Notes under the pieces: model-generated | Database searches by the model: none | Seen by the model: the letters and a program-made list of their open reading frames with translations, nothing else | What the model was told of the DNA's origin: nothing | In this document: piece after piece, positions 1 to 10,641 of the stretch | Position numbering within the stretch: the first letter of the stretch is position 1 | Layout of the letters: each line of letters begins with the position of its first letter | Translations under genes and position numbers: made by a program | Origin: Verrucomicrobiota bacterium | GTDB lineage: Bacteria > Chlamydiota > Chlamydiia > Chlamydiales > JAAKFR01 | Assembly (NCBI GenBank): GCA_018239815.1 | Contig: JAFEGP010000001.1 | Coordinates: 47,980-111,979 of the forward strand | Direction of reading: 5' to 3' | DNA length: 64,000 bases

Positions 1-440
1 GGAGAAAGGTAGAAGCCTGGGCATAGATCTACACCATACTGCAGCCATTCACTAGAAAGGTCTGTGATGGTATAAGCGTTAATTGGACTAAAAAATGTTC
101 CATTGCTTTCTCCTCCATTACCATTAAAGTTTTGGAAAGAAGGAGTGGAATTTTGAATAAAACCTTCCAATGCCAAACTCCACACTTGCCATCGGGCTCC
201 ATAGCCTAAATAAAGCCATCCCCCACAAGTTGGGGAAAGCAGTGTGTTTTGCAGTTGAATAGGTAGGTAAGAATTAACTCCAAAATTTAAGGTGGGAAGG
301 GTTGCTCCAGAAAGATTCCCTTGAGCCATATTGCCTCCGAAGGAACCACCAAAATATACACCATCTCCTGCAAAACAAGTAAAATTTAAACTAGAAAACA
401 AAAGAAGGGTCAGAGTTTTAAGCTTTCCTAATTTTCGCAT
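1..440 (-). CDS. Putative outer-membrane beta-barrel protein; only the N-terminal ~146 codons are present (gene starts at 440 and runs off the window)
   Basis: Reverse-strand ATG at 440-438 opens a frame that stays open to position 1, so it is absent from the ORF track. Translation MRKLGKLKTLTLLLFSSLNFTCFAGDGVYFGGSFGGNMAQGN... has a signal-peptide-like N-terminus followed by Gly/aromatic-rich alternating segments, as in small beta-barrel OMPs. Confidence 0.45.
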   Translation of the reverse strand, partial: MRKLGKLKTLTLLLFSSLNFTCFAGDGVYFGGSFGGNMAQGNLSGATLPTLNFGVNSYLPIQLQNTLLSPTCGGWLYLGYGARWQVWSLALEGFIQNSTPSFQNFNGNGGESNGTFFSPINAYTITDLSSEWLQYGVDLCPGFYLS

Positions 441-525
441 GAAAAAAGAATACCGCGTTTTTAAATTTTTTTTATCACAAGTGCAGGAAAGGTGATAGCG
501 AAAATCTCAATGTTTCAAAAAACAC

Positions 526-1743
526 TTACATAAAAAAACAGTAGCCAATTAATGAAATCCCAAAGGCAACGTATACGGGTATACGAGGAGTTTGGATTTC
601 ATACAGCTTATGCAAGATATTAAAGATGCAGAGAATGATAAGGCCTGGGCAAACAATTTGTAAAACAGGTGCTAGCATCTGTGCAATGCCCATGAATCCA
701 AGATTGGCAATCATGGTGGCGATCAAAAGGGGAATCATAATAGCAATCCATCTAGGCATTCTATTACCAGATAGGTCTTGTTGAATGTAATCTGCCGAGA
801 TCAAAGCAATAGGAATAGCAGTTGTAAGACAAGTTAAAGAAATTGCTACACAAGAGAACAAGGCTCCCACAGGTCCTAGTAAATGCATGGCAATAAGGCC
901 CAAACGCTCAGCCTCGATGTGAGGAGGTAGATGAGGAACATAGTACGATGCGACATAAGTCAGACCAAAAAACATGAAACCTAATAATCCTCCTGCAATC
1001 AGACAGGCGCGTAACATTTTGCTAAAAATATGTTTACGAGCTACCAAAGGATCAGTGCTGCAGCGGTATTGATCCTGACGAAAATAAGAGATAACAACTG
1101 GAGCAAAAATAAAGGAAGCAATCATATCTAAAGTATTATAACCGCCTAATAAGCCTGTCATAAAAGCGCCACTCTGCGTTAGAGAAGAGTGTTGAGGCTC
1201 TGGGTGATTAAATAAACCTAGAATCAAAATTGCAGCAAGAGAAAGGATCAATGCAGGAGCTAAGAAAATCCCGAGAATATCAACTAATTTTTGTCGTTTT
1301 AGTGTAAAAATGACAGCTACAAGACAAAATAGCACACTAAACGTTAACAAAGTTGTTGGAAAATAGTAATTAATAGAAGCATGGGCTAGGGTAATCAAGC
1401 GAGGCAAGGAGCCAATAGGTCCTAAAATAGCCTGAATTAAAAAAAGCAATACTAACCCAGGCATGCGTCCAATACGTCCAAAGAAGGCGTGTGTATCACC
1501 TTCAAAGAGCATCATGGCTAGCAAACCTAGCAAAGGCAAAGATACACCTGTGATAAGTAGCCCTAACATGGTAAAAAGGTGTTGATCTCCGGATTGGCCA
1601 CCTAAAATAAGAGGCCAAATAAGATCCCCAGCACCGAAAAACATTGAAAAAAGAGCCAGCCCTGCGGCAATAACCCCTGATTTACTACGTGTTACAGTCT
1701 TTTCCATGCTAAAGTTTTTACCTGAAAAGGTAATTAAAATCAA
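526..1743 (-). CDS. brnQ: Branched-chain amino acid transport system II carrier (LIVCS family)
   Basis: Polytopic 405-aa membrane ORF. The N-terminal FGAGDLIWPLILGG resembles the BrnQ/LIVCS signature. Start is either TTG 1743 or ATG 1707. Confidence 0.8.
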   Translation of the reverse strand: MILITFSGKNFSMEKTVTRSKSGVIAAGLALFSMFFGAGDLIWPLILGGQSGDQHLFTMLGLLITGVSLPLLGLLAMMLFEGDTHAFFGRIGRMPGLVLLFLIQAILGPIGSLPRLITLAHASINYYFPTTLLTFSVLFCLVAVIFTLKRQKLVDILGIFLAPALILSLAAILILGLFNHPEPQHSSLTQSGAFMTGLLGGYNTLDMIASFIFAPVVISYFRQDQYRCSTDPLVARKHIFSKMLRACLIAGGLLGFMFFGLTYVASYYVPHLPPHIEAERLGLIAMHLLGPVGALFSCVAISLTCLTTAIPIALISADYIQQDLSGNRMPRWIAIMIPLLIATMIANLGFMGIAQMLAPVLQIVCPGLIILCIFNILHKLYEIQTPRIPVYVAFGISLIGYCFFM

Positions 1744-1755
1744 ATAAAGAATGAG

Positions 1756-2808
1756 TTAGTAAATATCCCGCAGATAGCGATTTTGTTTTTTTAAAATTTT
1801 AATATATTCTTTTGCTTGCTCGCAAGACATGTTACCTTGTTCTTGAGTAATCAAGTGTAAGGTCTGATCCACGGCTTTTGCCATGTTTTGAGCATCACCG
1901 CAGACAAAGAGGTAGCCTTCTTCATGATGTAGCCATTGCCATAAAGAGGCGGCTTTTTCGCGCATTTTGTCTTGTACATAGACCTTACTGGACTCGTCTC
2001 GCGAGAAAGCTAAATCAAGTTGTAAATGACCTTTTTGAGCATAGAGCTCCCATTCTTCACGATAATAGTAATGGCCTTTGCTAGTACGTTCTCCAAAAAA
2101 CAACCAATTTTTTGAACAAGCCCCCTGTGCCAGGCGTTCTTGCATAAATCCTCGGAAGGGAGCAACTCCAGTACCAGGTCCTATCATGATAATAGGTTTT
2201 TGATAAGAAAGAGGGTGAAGCCCAAACTGACGTGCGGGATGGTGTGCTACAGCAATCAAGGATTGTCCTTCGACAGCTCGATGGCAAAGGTAATCGGAGC
2301 ATGTCCCTAATGTCAGGGGATGATCTGGAGGGTTACGGTTTAGGGTAACTGTAAGATGGGCCATTTTACCCACAGCACTCATGGAAGAAGCGATCGAATA
2401 AAAACGGGGAGTGATGGGAGCTAAATAGCTACAAAACTCCATTAAACTTATTTTTCCTTCTAAACGAGGAAGTAGTTCTGTGAGGTAGTTAGCAGGTCCA
2501 AAACGCTCTACAAGTTTTTTTGGAGTCAATGTGAGATTTGCTCGAGCTGTTAAAAATTCTATGGCAGCAAGAGTTTCTCCTTCACGAGTTGTAACAGAAG
2601 TTGTTGAGGGTTCGGAGAAAAATTGTAAAACTTTATGAACAAAGTGGGGATCGTTTTCAGGTAAGACAGCTAAACAATCCCCAACGGAATAAATAATATC
2701 GGTCTGACTTAAATCGAGCTCAAGATGAAATGTCTGCTTTTCAGACATTTCATCGGTCAAACGTACGCGACGAGCGATGGGTACAGGCGAAAATTGACGC
2801 TGCCCCAT
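1756..2808 (-). CDS. cysJ: CysJ-like FAD/NADPH oxidoreductase (diflavin-reductase C-terminal module, no flavodoxin domain)
   Basis: RFYSIASS (RxYS FAD motif), [12 protein letters not shown] (NADPH-binding Gly-rich motif) and a CGDA..MAKAV region. At 350 aa there is no room for an FMN domain. It sits beside rpsJ, as I recall for the cysJ-like gene in Chlamydiaceae. Confidence 0.7.
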   Translation of the reverse strand: MGQRQFSPVPIARRVRLTDEMSEKQTFHLELDLSQTDIIYSVGDCLAVLPENDPHFVHKVLQFFSEPSTTSVTTREGETLAAIEFLTARANLTLTPKKLVERFGPANYLTELLPRLEGKISLMEFCSYLAPITPRFYSIASSMSAVGKMAHLTVTLNRNPPDHPLTLGTCSDYLCHRAVEGQSLIAVAHHPARQFGLHPLSYQKPIIMIGPGTGVAPFRGFMQERLAQGACSKNWLFFGERTSKGHYYYREEWELYAQKGHLQLDLAFSRDESSKVYVQDKMREKAASLWQWLHHEEGYLFVCGDAQNMAKAVDQTLHLITQEQGNMSCEQAKEYIKILKKQNRYLRDIY

Positions 2809-2816
2809 CTTTCCCT

Positions 2817-3134
2817 CTATGCCGCTTTAATTTTGATATCGACTCCAGCAGGCACAGCTAATGTTTTAAGAGCATCAATTGTCTTGCCTGTAGGATCGAG
2901 AATATCAATCATACGTTTATGTGTACGGATCTCGAACTGCTCACGAGACTTACGATCAACGTGAGGAGAACGTAACACAGTATAAATCTCACGGCGTGTT
3001 GGAAGGGGAATTGGCCCTACCACACGAGCTCCAGTTCGCTTGGCTGTTTCTACGATATCCAAGGTAGAACGATCAACCTGACGTTGGTCAAAGCCTTTAA
3101 GCCGAATTCGGATCTTTTGCTTTTGCTTGCCCAT
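2817..3134 (-). CDS. rpsJ: 30S ribosomal protein S10
   Basis: 105 aa. IRIRLKGFD...LD and RSPHVDKKSREQFE-like segments are typical S10. It lies immediately downstream of fusA. Confidence 0.95.
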   Translation of the reverse strand: MGKQKQKIRIRLKGFDQRQVDRSTLDIVETAKRTGARVVGPIPLPTRREIYTVLRSPHVDRKSREQFEIRTHKRMIDILDPTGKTIDALKTLAVPAGVDIKIKAA

Positions 3135-3142
3135 ATATTGCC

Positions 3143-5230
3143 TTATTTTTTCATGATTTCTTCTTGAATTTTCTGAGGAACTCGTGCAAAGAAGGCAGGT
3201 TCCATCGTATAAGTCGCTCTTCCTGAGCTTATAGAACGTACCTGAGTTGTATATCCGAACATTTCAGATAAGGGAATTTCCGCCTGTACTTTTACAGTAC
3301 TCTTGCTTGCTTCCTGTCCTAAGATTTTACCTCTTCGCTTGTTAAGATCCCCTATGACGTCCCCTACGCATGTTTCTGGTGTAATAACATCCACACGCAT
3401 GATAGGTTCTAGGATGACAGGCTTTGCTTTACGAGCAGCCTCTTTCAATGCCATAGAGCCACAAATCTTAAAGGCCATCTCGCTGGAGTCAACTTCATGA
3501 TAAGAACCGAAAACAATCTCGATCTTAGTGTCAACTAAACCATATCCAGCCAAGACTCCCGTTGTGAGTCCTTCCTCAATCCCTTTGATGACAGCAGGAA
3601 TATACTCTCTAGGAATAGAACCCCCTACAATCTTGCTGGCAATCTCATTACCTTTACCTGGTTCATTAGGATAAATGTCTAAGCAAACGTGAGCGTATTG
3701 TCCGCGTCCACCACTCTGCTTGACATACTTTGTTTCTGATTTTCCAGGGCTTGTAATTGTTTCTTTGTAAGAAACTTGAGGTTTTCCAACGTTCGCTTCT
3801 ACTTTGAACTCACGGATCATACGATCTCTTAAGATATCTAGGTGTAGCTCACCCATTCCTGAAATAATCGTTTGACCAGTTTCTTCGTTAGTTGAAACGC
3901 GGAAAGTAGGATCTTCTTCTGAAAGAGCTCCTAAGGCAATGGCTAACTTTTCTCGGTCAGCTTTAGACTTAGGTTCGATCGCCATGTCGATAACAGGCTC
4001 GGGGAATTCCATTTTTTCTAGTAGGAACTCGTGATCTTCTTCACACAGGGTATCCCCTGTTGTTGTATTTTTCAGACCAATGCATCCTGCAATATCACCT
4101 GTATAAAATTCTTCTTTATCTTCACGGTGGTTGGCATGCATTTGCAATAGGCGAGAAATACGCTCTTTTTTATCTTTTGTAGTGTTAATCAGGTTAGCAC
4201 CTTTCTTCAAAGTACCTGAGTAGATACGCACAAATGTGATACGTCCTACATAAGGGTCTGTCATGATTTTAAATGCTAAGGCTGCTAAAGGAGCATCATC
4301 TTTAGGATTTACAACAAAAGGCTCTCCTGTTTGAAGATTCGTGCCTTTGACTTCACCCCTATCCAAAGGAGATGGCATCCAACTTACAATAGCGTCAAGA
4401 AGCTGTTGAACACCTTTGTTCTTAAAAGCGGAACCACATAAAACAGGGTTGAATTTATTTTTGATCACACCTTGACGAATAGCAGAACAAATCTCTTCTT
4501 CTGTGAGACTGTTAGGATCTTCCAAAACTTTGGACATGAAAACTTCATTGGACTCATCGATGGTTGCAAGTTCCTCGAGAAGTGCCATGCGCATGGTGCC
4601 ACATTGCTCTTTAAGTTCCTCAGGGATTTCTAACTCATCCCACTGGGCGCCTAAAGTTTCGTCACGGAAAACGTAAGCTTTCATTTTGACTAAATCTACC
4701 ATTCCAACGAATTGGCTTTCTGCGCCAATCGGACATTGTACAGGTATGGCATTAGCCCCGAGCTTTTCTTTCATAGACTCAACAGCAGCAAAAAAGTCAG
4801 CGCCAGTACGGTCCATTTTATTGACAAAAGCAATACGTGGTACATGGTACTTGTCAGCTTGACGCCATACAGTCTCTGATTGAGGCTCTACACCTGACAC
4901 AGCGTCAAAAACAGCAACGGCTCCGTCAAGAACACGTAAGGAACGCTCTACTTCAATCGTAAAGTCAACGTGGCCCGGAGTGTCAATAATATTAATTTTT
5001 GAATCTTTCCAATAAACAGTCGTCGCAGCTGAAGTAATGGTAATTCCGCGCTCTTGTTCTTGGACCATCCAGTCCATTGTCGCAGCCCCTTCGTGTACCT
5101 CTCCAATTCGGTGAGTACGACCAGCATAATAAAGGATACGCTCCGTTGTTGTTGTCTTACCAGCATCAATGTGAGCCATAATGCCGATATTACGAACCTT
5201 ATCAAGACGATCTTTCTGAGATCTAGGCAT
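3143..5230 (-). CDS. fusA: Translation elongation factor G
   Basis: 695 aa. G1 [17 protein letters not shown] and NKMDR GTPase motifs, with full EF-G domain length. Confidence 0.97.
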   Translation of the reverse strand: MPRSQKDRLDKVRNIGIMAHIDAGKTTTTERILYYAGRTHRIGEVHEGAATMDWMVQEQERGITITSAATTVYWKDSKINIIDTPGHVDFTIEVERSLRVLDGAVAVFDAVSGVEPQSETVWRQADKYHVPRIAFVNKMDRTGADFFAAVESMKEKLGANAIPVQCPIGAESQFVGMVDLVKMKAYVFRDETLGAQWDELEIPEELKEQCGTMRMALLEELATIDESNEVFMSKVLEDPNSLTEEEICSAIRQGVIKNKFNPVLCGSAFKNKGVQQLLDAIVSWMPSPLDRGEVKGTNLQTGEPFVVNPKDDAPLAALAFKIMTDPYVGRITFVRIYSGTLKKGANLINTTKDKKERISRLLQMHANHREDKEEFYTGDIAGCIGLKNTTTGDTLCEEDHEFLLEKMEFPEPVIDMAIEPKSKADREKLAIALGALSEEDPTFRVSTNEETGQTIISGMGELHLDILRDRMIREFKVEANVGKPQVSYKETITSPGKSETKYVKQSGGRGQYAHVCLDIYPNEPGKGNEIASKIVGGSIPREYIPAVIKGIEEGLTTGVLAGYGLVDTKIEIVFGSYHEVDSSEMAFKICGSMALKEAARKAKPVILEPIMRVDVITPETCVGDVIGDLNKRRGKILGQEASKSTVKVQAEIPLSEMFGYTTQVRSISSGRATYTMEPAFFARVPQKIQEEIMKK

Positions 5231-5245
5231 AATTCAATTCACTCC

Positions 5246-5719
5246 TTACCATTTGTAGTGAGCAAAGGCTTTATTTGCCTCAGCCATTCGGTGCATATCG
5301 TCTTTCTTCTTGATCGTAGAACCCTGATTATTGAAACAGTCGACCAATTCCATTATCAAACCTTGTTCCATTGAACGTCCAACTTTGGCACGAGCATGGA
5401 GAATGATCCAACGCATTGCGATAGAAGCACGGCGATCGGCTGGGATTTCAACAGGAACTTGATAAGTAGCGCCACCTATACGTCGAGACTTTACTTCTAG
5501 AGCAGGCTTTGCATTCTCTAGAGCTTGTTCAAACGCTTCAATAGGATCTTCGATGTTGACTTTCTTAGAAAACTCAACAAGGGCATTGTAAACAATGCGA
5601 CGCGCCACAGATTTTTTTCCATGGATCATAAGTTTATTAATAAATTTTGTAAGCGTTAAGCTATCATATATAGGATCAGCTTCAACTACACGCTTTTCTG
5701 CACGTCTTCTTCTAGACAT
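5246..5719 (-). CDS. rpsG: 30S ribosomal protein S7
   Basis: 157 aa with str-operon order rpsL-rpsG-fusA. Has the S7-like ...GKKS.A..IVY.A and the C-terminal ...NKAFAHYRW-like HYKW. Confidence 0.95.
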   Translation of the reverse strand: MSRRRRAEKRVVEADPIYDSLTLTKFINKLMIHGKKSVARRIVYNALVEFSKKVNIEDPIEAFEQALENAKPALEVKSRRIGGATYQVPVEIPADRRASIAMRWIILHARAKVGRSMEQGLIMELVDCFNNQGSTIKKKDDMHRMAEANKAFAHYKW

Positions 5720-5822
5720 CTCTTACCTTCTTAAAATAATATTTTGCGGTCACAGACGCTTCACCTGCTCTAAAGAGCCGTGCGAATTTTTTATTCAAGT
5801 TGAACTTAAAGAAAAAATTCGA

Positions 5823-5850
5823 ACTAGAATGCAGAGTTCTGCATTCTAGT
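5823..5850 (-). terminator. Perfect 12-bp stem / 4-nt loop hairpin directly after the rpsL stop, followed on the mRNA strand by UCGAAUUUUUUC (possible attenuator, partial terminator or S7 operator)
   Basis: actagaatgcag-agtt-ctgcattctagt read directly. The rpsL stop is at 5852-5854. The T-run is the complement of 5811-5820. Confidence 0.55.
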
Positions 5851-5851
5851 G

Positions 5852-6223
5852 TTACTTAGGCTTTTTCGCCCCGTATAATGACCGACGTTGTTTACGGTCT
5901 TTTACAGCCGCACAGTCCAATGTACCTCGTACGATATGATAACGTACCCCAGGCAAGTCTTTTACACGACCACCACGTACAAGCACAATGCTGTGTTCTT
6001 GTAAGTTGTGTCCTTCACCACCAATGTAGGCGATGATTTCGTGACCGTTTGATAACCGCACCCAAGCTACTTTACGTAGAGCAGAGTTTGGCTTCTTTGG
6101 CGTTTTCGTCTTAACCTGCAAACATACTCCGCGTCTTTGTGGACAACGAGCTAGAGCAGGGGACTTATTGCGCCGTGTCCTCTTTCCTCGTCCTTGGCGA
6201 ACGAGCTGATTGATCGTCGGCAT
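5852..6223 (-). CDS. rpsL: 30S ribosomal protein S12
   Basis: 123 aa. MPTINQLVR...KSPAL...PQ.RGVC and [10 protein letters not shown] are hallmark S12 sequences. Confidence 0.97.
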   Translation of the reverse strand: MPTINQLVRQGRGKRTRRNKSPALARCPQRRGVCLQVKTKTPKKPNSALRKVAWVRLSNGHEIIAYIGGEGHNLQEHSIVLVRGGRVKDLPGVRYHIVRGTLDCAAVKDRKQRRSLYGAKKPK

Positions 6224-6457
6224 AATTCCTTCTCGTCAAAAAATAATTAAAATTAGCTAATTCAACTTGCGAAAATCAGGCGCTAGGCCGAAAATTCTCT
6301 AAGCTAAAAACAGACTAAGTGGAAGAATATAGAGAAAATCGCGATTCTTGACAAGTAGGTGTTCAACTAAGAAAAAAGTTAAGGAAAATTGATCATAAAA
6401 ACCGAGATGTTTAATTGGGAATTATTTTGGTTAAACCTCTAAAAATGTTCGAGAAAG

Positions 6458-7189
6458 ATGAAATTTAGTTTAATTACAATTACTTATAATGCTGCTGCTT
6501 TTGTGAAAAAAACCTTAACTTCTGTTGCTTCTCAATCTTATCAAGAATTTGAGCATATTGTTTGGGATGGGGGTAGCACTGACGGGACAGTGGAAATTAT
6601 TAAGAGTTTTCCTCATGTGAAGCTTTATTGTGGTCAAGACAGTGGAATTTCCGATGCTATGAACAAAGGAGCAGAGTTAGCTCAAGGAGAATTTGTATGG
6701 CATTTACATGCAGATGATATGTTAGCTTCTGCTCACTCCTTGCAATATGTAAGCACGGCCATAGATCAATATCCTCAATCACATTGGTTTTATGGTAAAG
6801 CGCATATTATCAACAGTAAGGATGAACAGATTTGTACAACACCTCTAGAACATTTTTCTAAAAAAAGGCTGAGACGTTACAATTTTTTTACACATCCCTC
6901 TACTGTATTATCTAGAACATTATTTCAAAAATTAGGAGGATTTGATCTAAAATTAAAATATTGCATGGATTACGATCTGTGGTTACGTGCAGCGCAGAAA
7001 ACTTCTCCTATTCTACTTCCTGTTGTCTTGGCATGTTTCCGTCAACATGCGGGTTCTACCTCTTGTTCAGGGAGTCTGAATTTAGTGAATGAAGTGTATA
7101 AAGTAAGAAATCGATATTTAGTACATCCTTTTGAGCGTTATAAATCTTATAGAACCTGGCAAAAGAGAAAAAAAAGTTTAATTATATAA
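6458..7189 (+). CDS. Family 2 glycosyltransferase
   Basis: The N-terminal SLITITYNAA.F..KTL.SV.SQSY...EHIVWDGGSTDGT is the classic GT2 (GT-A) motif, and an acidic HADD segment follows. Confidence 0.75.
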   Translation: MKFSLITITYNAAAFVKKTLTSVASQSYQEFEHIVWDGGSTDGTVEIIKSFPHVKLYCGQDSGISDAMNKGAELAQGEFVWHLHADDMLASAHSLQYVSTAIDQYPQSHWFYGKAHIINSKDEQICTTPLEHFSKKRLRRYNFFTHPSTVLSRTLFQKLGGFDLKLKYCMDYDLWLRAAQKTSPILLPVVLACFRQHAGSTSCSGSLNLVNEVYKVRNRYLVHPFERYKSYRTWQKRKKSLII

Positions 7190-7279
7190 AACATTTCCCT
7201 TCTTTGAAAAAAATAGAACATGCTACATTGCCCGTTTTTATCCTTCGGCCTCCGCGTCGAGATGCGAAGAGTGTGAGAA

Positions 7280-8314
7280 ATGAAGTGGATTAAACGGTTA
7301 GCTGGTCTATTACAAGATGCGTTGCCTGGTAAACGTGTCTATTATATTTATACACATAACAATCGTCATGACAGATTTCGTAATGGGCTTAAGGCCAATA
7401 CAGAATTGAGTTATTGGGTCGCTTGTGCTTTAGAAAAACAATTCCCTCGCTTTAGTTTTTTACGTTTTCAGGGAGAAAAACCTCAGCGTATTCAGCGTAT
7501 TACTCCGCAAGATGTTGTAATTGGTCACATTGGAGAAACATATTTAGCTGCTGCCAAGCGTACAAAACGTCTTATTTCTTTTTCTCCTTGGTGTGGAAAT
7601 GAAGATCATTCTGAAACAGTAGGACCAGCATGTGTGTCCAAAGAAGTTGAGATGGGACAATATGATCATGCTGCAACTCTCATTCTTTTAACTTCTGAAT
7701 TTAATGACAGAATTTATCGTCAACAACCCAGAAATTTTTGGTATGACTATTTTGAGAAGTGCAAACAACATGGTCGACGTGTACGCGTGGTGCATCAACC
7801 CATTGATTTAGCAGTTTTTCGTCGTATTAAAACCACATATACGACAGATAACTTTCTTTATATTGGTAATGCTAATCACATGAAATGCGTTCCAGATGCT
7901 AGAAGGCTTGTTGAACATGTTGGGCGTTCTTTACATTTATATGGTACGGGAGAAAGATCGATCAATCATTTGGATCAGATAGCTATTCAACAACTACCTT
8001 CACAATCAGATTTTTTTATTCAACCAGGTAGATGGGAAGCTCAATGTGTTTCGATTTTAGAAGCGGCTGCTAGGGGTTTTATCCCACTGGTGTCTCCAGA
8101 CACAGGTTATCCTTACGACCATCCTTATATGCTTCGATATGGAGATTTTGATTATAACCTTAAACAGGTGCGAGCTGTTTTAAAATTATCTGCAGACGAG
8201 AGACGTCAGCTTGGTGATTATTTGCATCAACAACTTATATCAGATCCTCATCATAATACATGGTCAACTTTAACAGATGTAATTTTAGAAGAAGTTAAAG
8301 CTTTGTATGTCTAA
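7280..8314 (+). CDS. Hypothetical protein, possibly a GT-B fold (GT1/GT4-like) glycosyltransferase
   Basis: The only cue is the C-terminal segment EAQCVSILEAAARGFIPLVSPDTGYP, which resembles the E..(x)7E / EA.A.G.P.V motif of retaining GT4 enzymes. It is adjacent to the GT2 gene. Confidence 0.4.
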   Translation: MKWIKRLAGLLQDALPGKRVYYIYTHNNRHDRFRNGLKANTELSYWVACALEKQFPRFSFLRFQGEKPQRIQRITPQDVVIGHIGETYLAAAKRTKRLISFSPWCGNEDHSETVGPACVSKEVEMGQYDHAATLILLTSEFNDRIYRQQPRNFWYDYFEKCKQHGRRVRVVHQPIDLAVFRRIKTTYTTDNFLYIGNANHMKCVPDARRLVEHVGRSLHLYGTGERSINHLDQIAIQQLPSQSDFFIQPGRWEAQCVSILEAAARGFIPLVSPDTGYPYDHPYMLRYGDFDYNLKQVRAVLKLSADERRQLGDYLHQQLISDPHHNTWSTLTDVILEEVKALYV

Positions 8315-10582
8315 ATATTTGTAAGTGTGGCCTTTCTTAGAAGCTCGTTGTTTCGTCTGTTGGATTTGATGCGAGGTGTAACCATTATCCTGTAAGGCGA
8401 GATCAAGTTTACTAAGGTTTACGGCGTATCGCGTTTCATCACAAAGGTAGTGAGCATAGAGTTTTTCGGCTGATTTTAGATTTAATCCTTTGCGTACAGG
8501 CAAGGAACCTAAGCCTGTGACTAAAAATTGTCCCAGGCCGGGTCCTAAGCCTCGTTGCTCAAAACTTTGTAGGGAATAAGGTAAACAACATCTGAGGACA
8601 TGTCGAAGGCGAGGAAATAAACTTTGCCATCCTTGTTTGCCTTGCCAAGCTTTAGAAGCAGACAGGCAAAGTGTCTGTTGCTCTTTAAGAGGGATGCCTT
8701 CTAGAGTTGGAGGCCCACCGAATAACTGAATAAAAAAGATTTGGAGTAAGGGATTACTTTTATTGTAAAGGGCGCGGATAGGATCTTGAAAATAATGAAA
8801 GTTTTCTAAAAGTTTCTTTCCAAAGTGGGTATAAAGTCTTCTTTCTTTCAAATCTCTGCCTAAGGAAAGAGGGCAATTACCGAGGGCAACATGTAGATCG
8901 GGAAGCTGAATGTCCAAAATACCGTTTCTGATGGGATCTTGATTAGAAAACGTGGAATGGCTTTGATGCCAGTTCCATTTCAGTTGATAAGCATTTTGCA
9001 GTGTCAAACCAGTAAAAAGGTAGCTAAGCAACTGGGAAATAAGAACAAGATTGAAAAGATAACGAAAGAAATTTCTGCGTGCCAGTGTCCCTGTAGGTGT
9101 TTTAGGTACTTTAGGGAATAGTTCTATGATTCCTTGGAATGTTTTGATAAATTCTTTAATAGCGCTGACAGTCCAATCAACATAACCTCCGCATCGACGC
9201 CATCGTTTTAGGATGATTGGATCTTGTAAATTAAACATCTGAAAGGACGTGATATTGTTAAAGATTTCAAATTTTTGTCCTCCAAACATATCATTGGATA
9301 AGGCACAGAGTTCTTGATTAATGCGCTGAGATGTCTTTGCGTTGGGAGATTCTCCTTTCTTGATTAAACGATGCAGATAGTATTGTCGCATGTCATAAAA
9401 AGCTGCAAGTTTCAGATAGGGTTGAAACTTCTGAAATAAGAAATTGGAAGGGATGTGTAGAATACTGATAATTTTTCTAAATACAGAAAATTGTAATGGA
9501 GTTGTTATAAAAGAGTGTGAATTCACTTCTGGATTGTGTCCTAGGACACCTCCATTTTCTATAAATTCATGTATAAAGGATGTGTTTTGAAAGAGTTGTT
9601 TCCCTTTTTTATAGTTTTGAAAAATATTCCAGCCTGAGCTTTTTGCACTTTCTTCGATAAGAGTAAGGTAGTGAAATCCACTGAGAGAGACGTGCATGGT
9701 TTTTAGAAAATCAGACAGTTTGTCATAGAGACGCCAAAAGATAGAAGATTCATTTCCTGGTTGACTTGGAGACAAGTCATGTAAGATTTGATTCAGATAT
9801 GGATGCAGAAGGAGAGGTTCTCCTAAAGTGTCCCAAAGTGTGCTTTTTGACAGTTTTTTATATAAAACTGGATTGTCGCATGAGATCCATCCATCTTGTT
9901 TAGCTTGGGAATAAAAATCAGAATCCGCTTCTAAAATAGGCTTAAGATGAGGATCTAATTCTAAGATGCTTTGTATGAATTCTTCATATAATAAAGAACG
10001 TGTCATCATGCGGTCATAGGCATTTAAGAGCTCTGGTAGGGTTTGAAATTTAGGTTTTTTTTCCGAAGTTTTCCAAGCCTGGTGATAAGTAAGGAACTTT
10101 CTTTTTTTAGTAAAAGGTTGATTAGGGGTCAATGAGGATGATAATTGGGCAACAGAGCATGAGTTTTGATAGAAGTGTGGTAAATAAGAAGCTTCTAAAG
10201 CTTGTCGATTATAGATTTTGTTGGATTTACAAGAATGATTAATCCGGTCTTTCCATTGTTGAAAATGTGGAATCACGATGTTTTGAATCAAGTTTTTGGC
10301 TTGTTGGGATAGCCTTTTTTCTAGGTTAGTGTAGGTGTCTTGTTGATCAAAAAATATGTTCCCAGTTCCTTTTTCAGTTGGAAAATGACCAAATTTTATA
10401 GGATTTTCGATGTAAAAAATCATGTCTGACAAATCACGTTCAGATAATTTGTGCTGTTTAAAGACCTTTTCCCATTTCATGCGACTTTCCCATTCCAACC
10501 AAGACGACTTTAATAGGTGGGTTGTTTTGAGTTGAGAGAGTTGTTGTTGCAGATGCATGTGATAAGAGAGTGTTTTTTTCAT
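8285..10582 (-). CDS. Hypothetical 765-aa protein with no recognisable domain; third gene of an accessory operon
   Basis: Long uninterrupted ORF co-directional with the two upstream genes (59-nt gap). It has one hydrophobic segment (FFRYLFNLVLISQLLSYLFTGLTL) and no motif I can name. Confidence 0.6.
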   Translation of the reverse strand: MKKTLSYHMHLQQQLSQLKTTHLLKSSWLEWESRMKWEKVFKQHKLSERDLSDMIFYIENPIKFGHFPTEKGTGNIFFDQQDTYTNLEKRLSQQAKNLIQNIVIPHFQQWKDRINHSCKSNKIYNRQALEASYLPHFYQNSCSVAQLSSSLTPNQPFTKKRKFLTYHQAWKTSEKKPKFQTLPELLNAYDRMMTRSLLYEEFIQSILELDPHLKPILEADSDFYSQAKQDGWISCDNPVLYKKLSKSTLWDTLGEPLLLHPYLNQILHDLSPSQPGNESSIFWRLYDKLSDFLKTMHVSLSGFHYLTLIEESAKSSGWNIFQNYKKGKQLFQNTSFIHEFIENGGVLGHNPEVNSHSFITTPLQFSVFRKIISILHIPSNFLFQKFQPYLKLAAFYDMRQYYLHRLIKKGESPNAKTSQRINQELCALSNDMFGGQKFEIFNNITSFQMFNLQDPIILKRWRRCGGYVDWTVSAIKEFIKTFQGIIELFPKVPKTPTGTLARRNFFRYLFNLVLISQLLSYLFTGLTLQNAYQLKWNWHQSHSTFSNQDPIRNGILDIQLPDLHVALGNCPLSLGRDLKERRLYTHFGKKLLENFHYFQDPIRALYNKSNPLLQIFFIQLFGGPPTLEGIPLKEQQTLCLSASKAWQGKQGWQSLFPRLRHVLRCCLPYSLQSFEQRGLGPGLGQFLVTGLGSLPVRKGLNLKSAEKLYAHYLCDETRYAVNLSKLDLALQDNGYTSHQIQQTKQRASKKGHTYKYLDIQSFNFF

Positions 10583-10641
10583 GATGAATGTTGTCTGAAA
10601 AATGCATGCAAATGTAGTAGAGACTGCTAAGGTATGTTAGA

